A stretch of DNA of 64,000 bases from Candidatus Latescibacterota bacterium (GTDB lineage: Bacteria > Latescibacterota > UBA2968 > UBA8231). The notes beneath the pieces were generated by a model. It saw nothing but the letters and a program-made list of their open reading frames with translations, searched no databases and had not been told where the DNA came from. Numbering within the stretch: the stretch's first letter is position 1; each line of letters begins with the position of its first letter. The stretch is from contig OZ241867.1 in NCBI GenBank assembly GCA_965203175.1, positions 576,001 to 640,000 of the forward strand, read 5' to 3'. Below are positions 8,209-17,002 of the stretch, one piece after another. The translations under genes and the position numbers were made by a program.

Positions 8209-9872
8209 CGGCGCAGCTTGGCCAAGCGCTGTTGGATGGCCTCAGCCATGTCTGGCCGCTGGCGAATGACGGCATCGAAATGGGGTTTGGCCTCGGCCGA
8301 GCGGCCTAGCATCTCCAACATCAATCCCAAGTTAAAATGGGCCTCGGCAAAATCGGGGTTGCTCTGCAAGGCTCGTTCAAAGTGGGCGACGGCCCGCTCC
8401 CATTGGCGGCCTTGAGCTAGCGCAATCCCAAAGTTCACGTGCGCCTCCGGGTAATCCGGGTTGTACTCCAGCGCCAACTCGAAATGATCCAGCGCCAACG
8501 GACGCTGGCCGGAGCGCATGTAGAACATGGCCAAGGTGTGGCGGGTGTCCCAGTCTCGGGGGTCGGCTTCGAGCAGCTTCTTGTAGCCGTCGATTTCCTG
8601 CCCTAGCCACTTGCGGTAGAAGTCGCGGCGGAGTCGCTCCAAGTCCTCGGGGCGGCGCGGCAAAATTTGCAGCGTCAGGTCGCCCATCTCGTCGGTCGAG
8701 TGCAGCCCGTAGCGCACTCGCACGGGCGGGTCGTGGGGTTGGCGGGGGTTTTGCGCGGAGTTGTCGTACGCGTACTCCATGACCAGCGTCGCGCCAGCTG
8801 GCAGGAAAACCGGCGCGGAAAATCGGTAGTCGTCCTGCCAGCTAAAGTCCCAATCCTCAATCCAGATGAGCCACTCTCGCTCTCCGTTGGGCAACTCGGC
8901 GTACGCCCGGATTTCCCGACCGAGGTAATGCGCGTGCGGGTAGATGGTCAGGACCTCGACATCCACGGGCAGCCGGTACGTATCGCGGATCCAATGGTCG
9001 CTCGCGCCGGCCGGTATATCTATGTCCTTGCGGCCCAAGCGCAGCATGGCCGGGCGTCTCTTGGGCGGTGCATCGGCAAAGAACAGGCCGACGCGGGCCT
9101 CGATGGATTCCTCTTTGCCGATCGGCAACATGTGTAACTGGAGCAGCAAGTCCGTGCCCGGATCGAGCCGCCAAGCCAAGCTGTCGCTGCCGGGATACGG
9201 GGTCTTGCCCTGGGTCCAGCCGAGAAAGTGCCCATCGGCGTCCTCGGCCTCGCCAAAACTCATGCCATCAAAGCCCGGAGCACCATCGCGTCCGTCGCGC
9301 CGCCGCGCCGCGCCGCTGCGGTCGATCATCATGGTGGCGTGGTGGACGATGCGCGCGTTGCCCGGCCTGAACTCTATAGCCTTGACGTAGCGAGTTGAAT
9401 CAACGGGCAGCGGGATGGCGAAGTTGCGGAAAACATCTGGGCCATCGGCCCGCAAGGTGTAGGCCGATGTCATGGAGGCGATTAAATCGGGCTGACCTAG
9501 TTCCCACACACTCTCCCATTGGGGCAGCGGCGGCAAATCGGCAGGACTACCCTCCTGCTTGCCGTGCTCAACCCAGCGGCGGATCGCGGCGATTTGCTCC
9601 GCGCTCAATCCGCGCTCGCCGGTAAAGCTACCATAGCCGCGCTTGGGCTTCCACGGCGGCATGTAGCGGGTCTCCGTGACAAAGGCGATTTGCTCGGCGC
9701 GCGCGTTCACATCCTCATAGCTGAGCAAATCAAAGGGAGCCGGGCCGGCGGGCCGATGGCAGGGAGCGCAGTTGTGAAAGACGATCGGTGCAATGTCGCG
9801 GTTGAAGGTCGGGACTTCTCCTCCACTGCATCCAACACAGGCCGCGACTAGGAATACCCAATAGCGCGTCAT
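8205..9872 (-). CDS. Lipoprotein with c-type heme domain, PHM/DBH-like copper type II monooxygenase domains and C-terminal TPRs
   Basis: Lipobox CVGC; CAPCH; MPPW; VHH, LQLH, PHAHY, WDFSWQ..Y, DEM; TPR repeats at the C-terminus. Confidence 0.8.
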   Translation of the reverse strand: MTRYWVFLVAACVGCSGGEVPTFNRDIAPIVFHNCAPCHRPAGPAPFDLLSYEDVNARAEQIAFVTETRYMPPWKPKRGYGSFTGERGLSAEQIAAIRRWVEHGKQEGSPADLPPLPQWESVWELGQPDLIASMTSAYTLRADGPDVFRNFAIPLPVDSTRYVKAIEFRPGNARIVHHATMMIDRSGAARRRDGRDGAPGFDGMSFGEAEDADGHFLGWTQGKTPYPGSDSLAWRLDPGTDLLLQLHMLPIGKEESIEARVGLFFADAPPKRRPAMLRLGRKDIDIPAGASDHWIRDTYRLPVDVEVLTIYPHAHYLGREIRAYAELPNGEREWLIWIEDWDFSWQDDYRFSAPVFLPAGATLVMEYAYDNSAQNPRQPHDPPVRVRYGLHSTDEMGDLTLQILPRRPEDLERLRRDFYRKWLGQEIDGYKKLLEADPRDWDTRHTLAMFYMRSGQRPLALDHFELALEYNPDYPEAHVNFGIALAQGRQWERAVAHFERALQSNPDFAEAHFNLGLMLEMLGRSAEAKPHFDAVIRQRPDMAEAIQQRLAKLRR

Positions 9873-10417
9873 TGTAGATCGGCGATAAAACAGCCAATCG
9901 CCTCGGTGGCACTCGAGTCTGGGGGACGGCCAGCGAGGGCGGCTTCTATGGCGTCTGCGAGGTCGCTACGGGTCGGCTGCGGACGCACTTGGTCTAAGGC
10001 CATGTAGCGGTCGTCGATGCGGCCCCGATAAACGACGTTGCCGCGCTCACCTAAAACCACGGCTTCTGGGGTCACACTCGCGCCGACTCTTTTGACGAGG
10101 GCGTGCTGCACGTCCCGCAGGGCTTGGCCCGGCAAGCCGTATTCCCGACCGTGGCGGCGGATGGCGTCCGCATCCTCGCGGCGGTCGGGATACACCAAGT
10201 AAAATACAACGCCTTGCGGCTGGAAGCGGGCGTGGAGACGCGCTATGGTCGGAGCGTAGCGGTTGGAAATGGGGCAATCGGTCTGGACGAAGAGCAAAAC
10301 CACAACGGGAGCGCGGTTGACAAAGGGATCGACCGGATTGCCAGCCAAGTCGAGGGCTTTGGGGGGATCGGGACGGCAGCCCACCAACAGCAGGGATGCG
10401 AAAATGGCTAAGAGCAT
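9869..10417 (-). CDS. Redoxin (AhpC/TSA-like) lipoprotein
   Basis: Likely start MLLAIFASLLLVGC; TDCPIS, TPEAVV, YRGRIDD, AIGC; ATGA overlap with the downstream monooxygenase-like gene. Confidence 0.8.
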   Translation of the reverse strand: MLLAIFASLLLVGCRPDPPKALDLAGNPVDPFVNRAPVVVLLFVQTDCPISNRYAPTIARLHARFQPQGVVFYLVYPDRREDADAIRRHGREYGLPGQALRDVQHALVKRVGASVTPEAVVLGERGNVVYRGRIDDRYMALDQVRPQPTRSDLADAIEAALAGRPPDSSATEAIGCFIADLQ

Positions 10418-10483
10418 AAAAAAAGAAAACGGATATTGGGCACCGACGGCAAGACTGTCGGTTTGCGCATTTTTATTAGGCGG

Positions 10484-10512
10484 GGAATGACTTTGGCCCC
10501 TACATTGTCTAA
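10484..10512 (+). promoter_or_regulatory. Putative ECF sigma promoter (autoregulatory)
   Basis: GGAATG-N17-GTCTAA; same boxes and spacing as at 11888. Confidence 0.65.
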
Positions 10513-10516
10513 TAAT

Positions 10517-11083
10517 ATGTCGGAGCAAGTGGGCACAGACCGCGCCCTAATCGACCAAGCGCGCGCGGGCGACGAAGCAGCCTTGCGCGCCCTAATCGAG
10601 CGCTATGAGCCGCAAGTGGCCGCCACAATCATGGGCATGTTGGGGCCGGGCGACGAGGCCGATGACGTAGGGCAGGAGACCTTTGTCCGCTTCTACCAAT
10701 CGCTGGACAAGTTTCGCGGCGACGCGGCGCTGGGCACCTATTTGACCCGCATTGCCATCAACCTCTCGCTCAACGCGCTAGAGCGCCGCAAGCGGCAGCG
10801 CTGGCGCTTCTGGAGCCGCGACGACGAACAGGCTCCGCCCGAGCCGAGCGTCGATGGCCGCGACGAACAGGCCGCGAGCGAGCGCGAGCAAGCAGTGCAG
10901 GCAGCCCTCGACCAACTCAAACCAGCCTTCCGAGCGGTAGTGGTGCTGCGAATGATCGAAGGCTATTCGACGAAGGAAACGGCCGCGCTACTGGAGATCG
11001 CCGAGGGCACGGTGCTCTCGCGGCTCGCGCGCGGCATGAAACAACTAGAGACCATCCTCAGAGACGAGGACCTATATGACTGA
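10517..11083 (+). CDS. ECF RNA polymerase sigma-70 factor
   Basis: GDEAALRALIERY, ADDVGQETF, FRGDAALGTYLTRIAIN, region 4 EGYSTKETA...GTVLSRLARG; start uncertain (10517 or 10487). Confidence 0.93.
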   Translation: MSEQVGTDRALIDQARAGDEAALRALIERYEPQVAATIMGMLGPGDEADDVGQETFVRFYQSLDKFRGDAALGTYLTRIAINLSLNALERRKRQRWRFWSRDDEQAPPEPSVDGRDEQAASEREQAVQAALDQLKPAFRAVVVLRMIEGYSTKETAALLEIAEGTVLSRLARGMKQLETILRDEDLYD

Positions 11084-11486
11084 CAGCTATCGCAACGAAA
11101 TGCTAAGGGCGCTGACCGGCGAATTGAGCGCGAGCGAGCGCGAGGCATTCGAGCGCGCCCTAGCTACCGACGACGCACTCCGCGCCGAATGGGAGAGGCT
11201 GCAAAAAGTCAGCGGCCTTTTGCAGGAAAGCCGCGCCGACTCGTTCCGGCCGTTCTTTGCCACTCGCGTCGCGCAGCGCATCAAAAGCCAGCGCGAAGAA
11301 AGCCTCACCGACGCCCTCGTGTGGCTTTTTCGCCCCTTTGCCCCGGTCGCTATAGCAGTGGTCGCCTTTTTGGCGCTGAGCAACTGGAACGAGCGCGAAC
11401 TCATCGGCGACGACGCCTCGTTCCTCGCCGCGATTTTCGCCGCCGTACCCGCCACGCCCGAAGCGGCGTACGTACTGGACATGTGA
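11076..11486 (+). CDS. Putative membrane anti-sigma factor
   Basis: Overlaps the sigma gene; GELSASEREAFE anti-sigma-like N-terminus without Zn ligands; one TM helix. Confidence 0.7.
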   Translation: MTDSYRNEMLRALTGELSASEREAFERALATDDALRAEWERLQKVSGLLQESRADSFRPFFATRVAQRIKSQREESLTDALVWLFRPFAPVAIAVVAFLALSNWNERELIGDDASFLAAIFAAVPATPEAAYVLDM

Positions 11487-11487
11487 C

Positions 11488-11898
11488 ATGCGAGGGAAAA
11501 CTAAAGGCGCGCTCATTCTCTTTAGCACCCTGCTCATCGGCGTGCTAATCGGGACTCTACTCTCCGGGTGGTTTGTCCGCGATCGCCTGCGACCCATTCC
11601 GCAGCCCCGCCATTTCGTCCGCAGTACTGAGCGGTTGATTGGGCCGCAGGACGAAGAGCAGCGCCAAGCTGTGCGGGACGTGCTGCGGCGACACGCGGCA
11701 GCGCTCCGCGAACTCAATGCCAAGCACCGGGAGGCCCTAAAGGAGCAGTTGGATGCGTCGCGGGCCGAGCTGGCTCCCCTGTTGTCTGAAGAGCAACTGC
11801 GACGGATGGACCGGCGGCTGCGGCGCTTTGGGGAGCTGATGGGACCTTGGCGCGAACGACAGCACCACAAAAAAATGAAACCGCACGGGAATGAATGA
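11488..11898 (+). CDS. Periplasmic helical Spy/CpxP/ZraP-like sensor
   Basis: N-terminal TM; helical region ending LLSEEQLRR (LTxxQ-like). Confidence 0.65.
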   Translation: MRGKTKGALILFSTLLIGVLIGTLLSGWFVRDRLRPIPQPRHFVRSTERLIGPQDEEQRQAVRDVLRRHAAALRELNAKHREALKEQLDASRAELAPLLSEEQLRRMDRRLRRFGELMGPWRERQHHKKMKPHGNE

Positions 11899-11916
11899 CA
11901 TCAATCGGTGGTCTAA
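11888..11916 (+). promoter_or_regulatory. Putative ECF sigma promoter for the Spy-like gene
   Basis: GGAATG-N17-GTCTAA. Confidence 0.65.
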
Positions 11917-12006
11917 TGGGACGTAGAGAAGAGAAACGGCCATTTCTCACGAGCCGCCAACTAGGAGCGGCGAACCCAATTAACCACCCAATGCGGAGAA
12001 CGTAAA

Positions 12007-12615
12007 ATGAAAAAGAAATGGATCATCTCAGCCGGCGTCGCGCTGGCACTCGGCGCGTTGGCCACCGTGGCCGTAGCCGAGCGCGGGGAAAAGGTGCGGG
12101 AACACAGGCAGCCCATGCCGTGGATGCTGGGGCGTCTCGACCTGACCGACGAGCAGAAGGAGCAGTTGAAAGCGTTGCGCAAGGAGCACGTGGAGGCCAG
12201 GCGCGAGCAGCGCGAGGCCATGGCCGCCATGGGCAAGGAGCAGCGCGAAGCCGTGATGAATATTTTGACCGAGGAGCAGCAGGAGGCCCTAAAAGAAATG
12301 CGCGCCAAACGCGGCGAGTTTTTCGACCGGCGCGGCGGTAAGGGCAAGGATCGGCACGACATGCGGCGCAGCGGTAAGGGTCGGCACGACGCGCGGCGCG
12401 GCGGCCAAGGCGCATTTTCAAGACTGGACCTGACCGACGAACAGAAGGAACAGTTCGTGGAATTGCGCAAAGAGCACCGCACAGAAATACGCGAAACGCG
12501 CCAAAAGCACCGCACGGCTTTGGAAAGCGTCTTGACCGACGAGCAACGCGAAAAGCTCGAAGAGATGAAGGACGAGGCGTTTTACGGCGGCAAACGCTGG
12601 CGCGGCAGGCGATAA
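12007..12615 (+). CDS. Spy/CpxP family periplasmic chaperone with duplicated domain
   Basis: Signal peptide; four LTxEQ motifs (RLDLTDEQKEQ twice, ILTEEQ, VLTDEQ). Confidence 0.85.
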   Translation: MKKKWIISAGVALALGALATVAVAERGEKVREHRQPMPWMLGRLDLTDEQKEQLKALRKEHVEARREQREAMAAMGKEQREAVMNILTEEQQEALKEMRAKRGEFFDRRGGKGKDRHDMRRSGKGRHDARRGGQGAFSRLDLTDEQKEQFVELRKEHRTEIRETRQKHRTALESVLTDEQREKLEEMKDEAFYGGKRWRGRR

Positions 12616-12640
12616 GCGCCGATTCCTATTTTCCTTCACG

Positions 12641-12672
12641 ACGCGGAGTAGATTAGCTACTCCGCGTTTTTT
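12641..12672 (+). terminator. Rho-independent terminator
   Basis: ACGCGGAGTAG/CTACTCCGCGT stem followed by a T-run. Confidence 0.85.
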
Positions 12673-12743
12673 ATTTCTTTCATCCGACATCGGATGTCCC
12701 CAACCGGCCCGGATCTTCAGGCCGCCTGGAGCGCCGACATCCG

Positions 12744-13448
12744 TCACACCGAGCGCGTAATGCCCCCGTCGACCCGTAGGTTCTGTCCAGTTATGTATCC
12801 GGAGCCGGGAGAAAGAAGAAAGAAGGCGGTTTCGGCGATCTCTTCCACCGTTCCGTAACGTCCCATGGGAATGCGAACCTTGAACGATTCCTCTTCCGGG
12901 AGGCTGTCGATGAAGCCCGGTAGGATATTGTTCATCCGAATGTTGTCGCCAGCGTGGTTATCTGCATAGATCTTCGTAAAACTCGCCAGGGCCGCCCTGC
13001 AGGGCGTCGAAACGGGGAAGTGATGCTCGGGTTCGAAGATGGCAAAGGTGGAGATGTTGACGATCGATCCCCCGCCCTGCCCGACCAAGATCGGCGTGAC
13101 GATCCGGGCCATGCGAACCACGTTCAGAAAGACGATATCCAATCCCTCGTGCCAGTCCTCGTCCGGGATATCCAAGAGGCTGCCCTTGGGCGGATGGCCC
13201 GTGCTGTTGACGACGCCGTCGATGCGGCCGTACGCGTCCATAGTCAGATCGACGAGTCGCCGCAGGTCGTCCTCCTCCGTAACAGAACCGGTCACCCCGA
13301 TGCCCCCCAGTTCCTCTGCCAGTGCTTCGGCCGCTCCAGAGGGTGAAAGCAGCGAGACAGCCCAGCCCCGACCCACGAGGTTGCGCGCAATGGCCGCACC
13401 CATGCCGCGTCCCGCCCCTGTGATAACCGCTACGTTTTGTATACTCAT
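12744..13448 (-). CDS. SDR family oxidoreductase
   Basis: TGAGRGMG, IVNIST, IPMGRYG, YITGQNLRVDGG; canonical YxxxK replaced by STPCR. Confidence 0.9.
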   Translation of the reverse strand: MSIQNVAVITGAGRGMGAAIARNLVGRGWAVSLLSPSGAAEALAEELGGIGVTGSVTEEDDLRRLVDLTMDAYGRIDGVVNSTGHPPKGSLLDIPDEDWHEGLDIVFLNVVRMARIVTPILVGQGGGSIVNISTFAIFEPEHHFPVSTPCRAALASFTKIYADNHAGDNIRMNNILPGFIDSLPEEESFKVRIPMGRYGTVEEIAETAFFLLSPGSGYITGQNLRVDGGITRSV

Positions 13449-13687
13449 ACTGCTCCTTTCGCTGTACCAGTCCGTCTGTCCGTGGCGGAGTTACGTCTAT
13501 GATCCGCATCCCGGTCTTCTTTTGAGCATAGATGACGCAAGTTGGAAACCGCGCCTAGCGAGGACGCGCATTTATATAAATAAATGCGTTGCGGTCATCA
13601 ATGACAGATTTGTTAGAGTACCCTTTTTTTCAGTATCTTTTATCATCCGCCACTGATGCTTAACAACCACACTTTCTTAGGCTTCTT

Positions 13688-14530
13688 ATGATAATCGACT
13701 CGCATACCCACGCTTGGGAATACTGGCCCTACGAGCCACCCGTGCCCGATCACAACAGCCGCGGCCGGGTTGAGCAACTGCTGTGGGAAATGGACCGCAA
13801 CGGCGTCGATAAGGCCGTGCTGGTCTGCGCTCGCATCGAGCACAATCCCCACAACAACGACTACGTCGCCGAACAAATCCGCACCTATCCAGATCGGTTG
13901 GTGCAATTCGCCGACGTGGATTGCTCGTGGTCGGCAGAATACCACACTCCAGGCGCGGCCGAGCGGCTCAAAGCAGCCGCAGCAAAATACCAACTCAAAG
14001 GCTACACCCACTACGTAAAAAGCGACACCGAGTGGTTCGCATCCGAAGAGGGGCTCGCGTTTTTTAGCGCCACGGCCGATCTGAACCTGATCGCCAGCCT
14101 AGCCTTGGGGCCGCAGTGGCAGCCGGCACTGCGCGAGTTGGCGCAGCGCTTTCCCTCGGTGACTTTTCTCTGTCACCACATGGCCGGAGCCAACGCGCGC
14201 GAGGAAGCGCCGCACCCCAATCTGCAGGAGATTCTGCGCTCGGCCGAGGTGCCCAACATCTACATCAAGCTCTCGGGTTTTCACTACGCTTCGCACGTCT
14301 CGTGGGACTACCCCTACTCAGATACGCACCACATCGTGCGCCAGCTCTACGAACACTTCGGTCCACAGCGGCTGTGCTGGGGTTCGGACTACCCGGTAGT
14401 GCGAACCAACATGACCTACCAGCACGCGCTCGAAGCATTTCGTACGCACTGCACGTTTGTACCAGACGAACACAAGCGCCTGATCTTGGGCCAGAACTTG
14501 GCCGACCTGATTGACCGAGCCGGCACTTGA
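13688..14530 (+). CDS. Amidohydrolase_2 family protein
   Basis: IIDSHTH, CHHMAG, IYIKLSG, WGSDYP. Confidence 0.9.
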   Translation: MIIDSHTHAWEYWPYEPPVPDHNSRGRVEQLLWEMDRNGVDKAVLVCARIEHNPHNNDYVAEQIRTYPDRLVQFADVDCSWSAEYHTPGAAERLKAAAAKYQLKGYTHYVKSDTEWFASEEGLAFFSATADLNLIASLALGPQWQPALRELAQRFPSVTFLCHHMAGANAREEAPHPNLQEILRSAEVPNIYIKLSGFHYASHVSWDYPYSDTHHIVRQLYEHFGPQRLCWGSDYPVVRTNMTYQHALEAFRTHCTFVPDEHKRLILGQNLADLIDRAGT

Positions 14531-14537
14531 CCCCTTC

Positions 14538-15923
14538 ATGCTACGGTCCGCATACAGCACAATCCTCCGCTGCTTGCTCATCGGCTCGATTTTCGTCGGC
14601 TGTAGTTCCGACGGCCCAGGGCCGGTGCAAACGGTCGGGCACGGGGCAGATTCGACTTGGGATATTATCCAAACGGAAATTTTCGCTGGCCAATGCGTTA
14701 GCTGCCACACGACTGGAACCTCGTTTGGGCGTCAGTCGGGCCTCGTGCTCACCCCGGACGTAGCCTACGAACAGCTCGTGGGTGCCACCCCGACAAACGC
14801 GGCCGCCGCAGCCGACGGGCTGATGCGGATCAGCGACCTCGGACAGGGCATGCCCGGCCTCCTCAAGAGCTATTTGTGGGAGAAGATCAACGCGCCCGAC
14901 CAGCAGCATTTCTATGGCGATCATCCCTACTACGGGGAGCTAATGCCCTTTGGCGGCAAGCCGCTGACCAACGGTGAGTTGGCTTTTATCCGTGCTTGGA
15001 TCGAGGCCGGCGCACCGGAGACGGGCCATGTGGCCGATCCAGACCTCTTGCAGGACAAGTCGCGCTACGAAGTGCCGGAGTTCAAGCCGCTAGCCGAGCC
15101 GGAAAACGGAGTCCAACTGCACTTGCCGCCTTTCGAGATCCAGCCCAACACCGAGCGCGAGATCTTTGTCGTGCATCCGCTGAACAACGAAGAAGATGTA
15201 TTCCTAGAGCGCGTCCAGATCTCCATGAAGTCCGGCTCGCACCACTTCTTGCTCTACACATTCCAAGACGATATACCCCCCGAGCGCATGCCGGAACCTT
15301 ACGAATATCGCGAGTTGCACAACGGCGCCGGCCAGTACGTCCTTTCAACCATACTAACGCAATTTTATCACCTGCCAATCGCTGGCAGCCAATGGCCTTC
15401 CATCGATGTCTCCCTGCCACCCGGAGTGGCGATACGGCTGCCCAAGAACACCCTGCTCGACCTCAACTCGCACTATGTCAATCGCACCAATCAGCCCATT
15501 ACCGGCGAGGTCTATTCCAACTTGCACTTTGCCGATCCATCTGAAGTCGAGCACGAAGCGCGTTTCTTTTCTTTGAACAATCTCGATATCTCCCTGCCGC
15601 CCGGGGAGGTGACGACTATAGAGAGGGATTTTACCTTCTCCGAGCGGACCCACATTGTGCAGCTACTCTCGCACGCTCATCAGCTCATGGTCGAATTCCG
15701 AGTCGAAATGATCGGGGGAGCGCACGACGGCGAGCTCATCTACGTCGCTTACGACTGGGAACACCCGCCGATCCTGAGATTCGACTCCCCTCTCGTCCTA
15801 GAGCCGGGAGAGGGCTTCAGGTTAGAGGCAACCTATGACAACACGACCGACGAAGAGGTCAATTTCGGTTTGTTGTCAACAGACGAGATGATGATTCTCT
15901 TTGGGATCTTCTACCGGGATTAA
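14538..15923 (+). CDS. Lipoprotein with c-type heme domain and PHM/DBH-like copper type II monooxygenase domains
   Basis: Lipobox FVGC; CVSCH; LMP..G and WIEAGA; SHH, LNSHY, SHAH, DEMM. Confidence 0.8.
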   Translation: MLRSAYSTILRCLLIGSIFVGCSSDGPGPVQTVGHGADSTWDIIQTEIFAGQCVSCHTTGTSFGRQSGLVLTPDVAYEQLVGATPTNAAAAADGLMRISDLGQGMPGLLKSYLWEKINAPDQQHFYGDHPYYGELMPFGGKPLTNGELAFIRAWIEAGAPETGHVADPDLLQDKSRYEVPEFKPLAEPENGVQLHLPPFEIQPNTEREIFVVHPLNNEEDVFLERVQISMKSGSHHFLLYTFQDDIPPERMPEPYEYRELHNGAGQYVLSTILTQFYHLPIAGSQWPSIDVSLPPGVAIRLPKNTLLDLNSHYVNRTNQPITGEVYSNLHFADPSEVEHEARFFSLNNLDISLPPGEVTTIERDFTFSERTHIVQLLSHAHQLMVEFRVEMIGGAHDGELIYVAYDWEHPPILRFDSPLVLEPGEGFRLEATYDNTTDEEVNFGLLSTDEMMILFGIFYRD

Positions 15924-15940
15924 CTTATTTTGTGGCACGC

Positions 15941-15986
15941 AAAAGGCGCGAGGAGCACAGACAGTGTGCGCTCCTCGCGCCTTTTT
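15941..15986. terminator. Bidirectional terminator between convergent genes
   Basis: AAAAGGCGCGAGGAGC...GCTCCTCGCGCCTTTTT. Confidence 0.85.
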
Positions 15987-16005
15987 CATGAGGCTATGAC
16001 TGCGT

Positions 16006-16659
16006 CTAATACATATGCGGCTGCACGGCGAGGGCCAGCGACGCTTCAATGTCCCAGATGGCCTTGGTCACTTCTTGACCAATTAAGTCCAGCTTGCGCA
16101 CCTGTTCGATGCGCCCGGTCGCACGGGCTAGTTCGCGGCTGGCCAAGAGCCTCTCGAAAATTCCGCAGGCGTCCGCCAAGCAAATAATGACCACGTCGCG
16201 GGGATCGGGGATCTTATCGCTGAACAGCACCTCCATGATGCGCAGCTTGACCTCTTTCTCGGCCTTGCCGTCGAGGGCCGGATAGCGCCGCGCACTAAAC
16301 ACCCACAGGAAGCGCCCTTCCTCGCGCGCGAGAATGCCCTTCTCCACCAGTCGGCGGAGCGAACCCTCGCGGATGTCGTCGGCGCGCGCGGCAGCGCGCT
16401 CCAGCCAGAAACGGGTATCGTGCGTTTCGGTCGCCGCGGCAATGTCGCTCAGTATCGGGTCAATCAGACTGTCTTGTAGGGGAGTGTTATCGACGAGAAC
16501 CAGCTTGTCCAAGTCGGTGTCTATGCGGTCTTCCAGTGCCAGTTCCATCAGAACTCCGCCGCCCAAGGCGTAGCGCACCAACCGGTCGGGTACTCGGGCG
16601 AAGCTCCCATTTTCATCGTCGAGCAAAAGAAGCATAATTTCTTCGGTGAATCTCAGCAT
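16006..16659 (-). CDS. GPP34 / GOLPH3-Vps74 family protein
   Basis: EEIMLLLLDDE.G, GGVLMELAL..RI, LVEKGIL, FLWVF..RRYP. Confidence 0.85.
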   Translation of the reverse strand: MLRFTEEIMLLLLDDENGSFARVPDRLVRYALGGGVLMELALEDRIDTDLDKLVLVDNTPLQDSLIDPILSDIAAATETHDTRFWLERAAARADDIREGSLRRLVEKGILAREEGRFLWVFSARRYPALDGKAEKEVKLRIMEVLFSDKIPDPRDVVIICLADACGIFERLLASRELARATGRIEQVRKLDLIGQEVTKAIWDIEASLALAVQPHMY

Positions 16660-16731
16660 ACCTTTCCTTTCAGGCCCAGTGTTTATGGATTTTTCTGACT
16701 CGCGTTCGCGTGGAGGGGTTCCCGCCGATTC

Positions 16732-16965
16732 TCATGGAGAATAGGGATCCTCCGCGTCCAAGATCTTATTCAGGGATTCGGGGCTGCCGAAGCGCTGCAC
16801 CTCTTCTTCGTACTGCTCTGTCTCGATGCGGGCCTGCCGCACGTGCCAGAGAATCCACAGCACCACTCCCACGACAAACAGCGCGAACTCCGCACCGACA
16901 AAGGGGTATAGAGGCCCAATCTCGGCCATGTTGCCGCTCCAACTTTCGACGTTTCCGGTGGACAT
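16732..16965 (-). CDS. Small single-TM membrane protein downstream of the Amt-type gene
   Basis: 77 aa with an AGGAGA RBS; ESW...EIGPLYPFVGAE, TM helix, WH. Confidence 0.75.
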   Translation of the reverse strand: MSTGNVESWSGNMAEIGPLYPFVGAEFALFVVGVVLWILWHVRQARIETEQYEEEVQRFGSPESLNKILDAEDPYSP

Positions 16966-17002
16966 GATGATCTCCTAGTAGGGTGTGTTTGGCTCGGCGA
17001 GT

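Noticed and set aside
9721-9740. CTGAGC...AAAGG look-alikes of the palindromic element (also near 18878)
   Set aside because: They encode normal family residues (APFDLLSY; SSLGLAQT) with no sign of insertion
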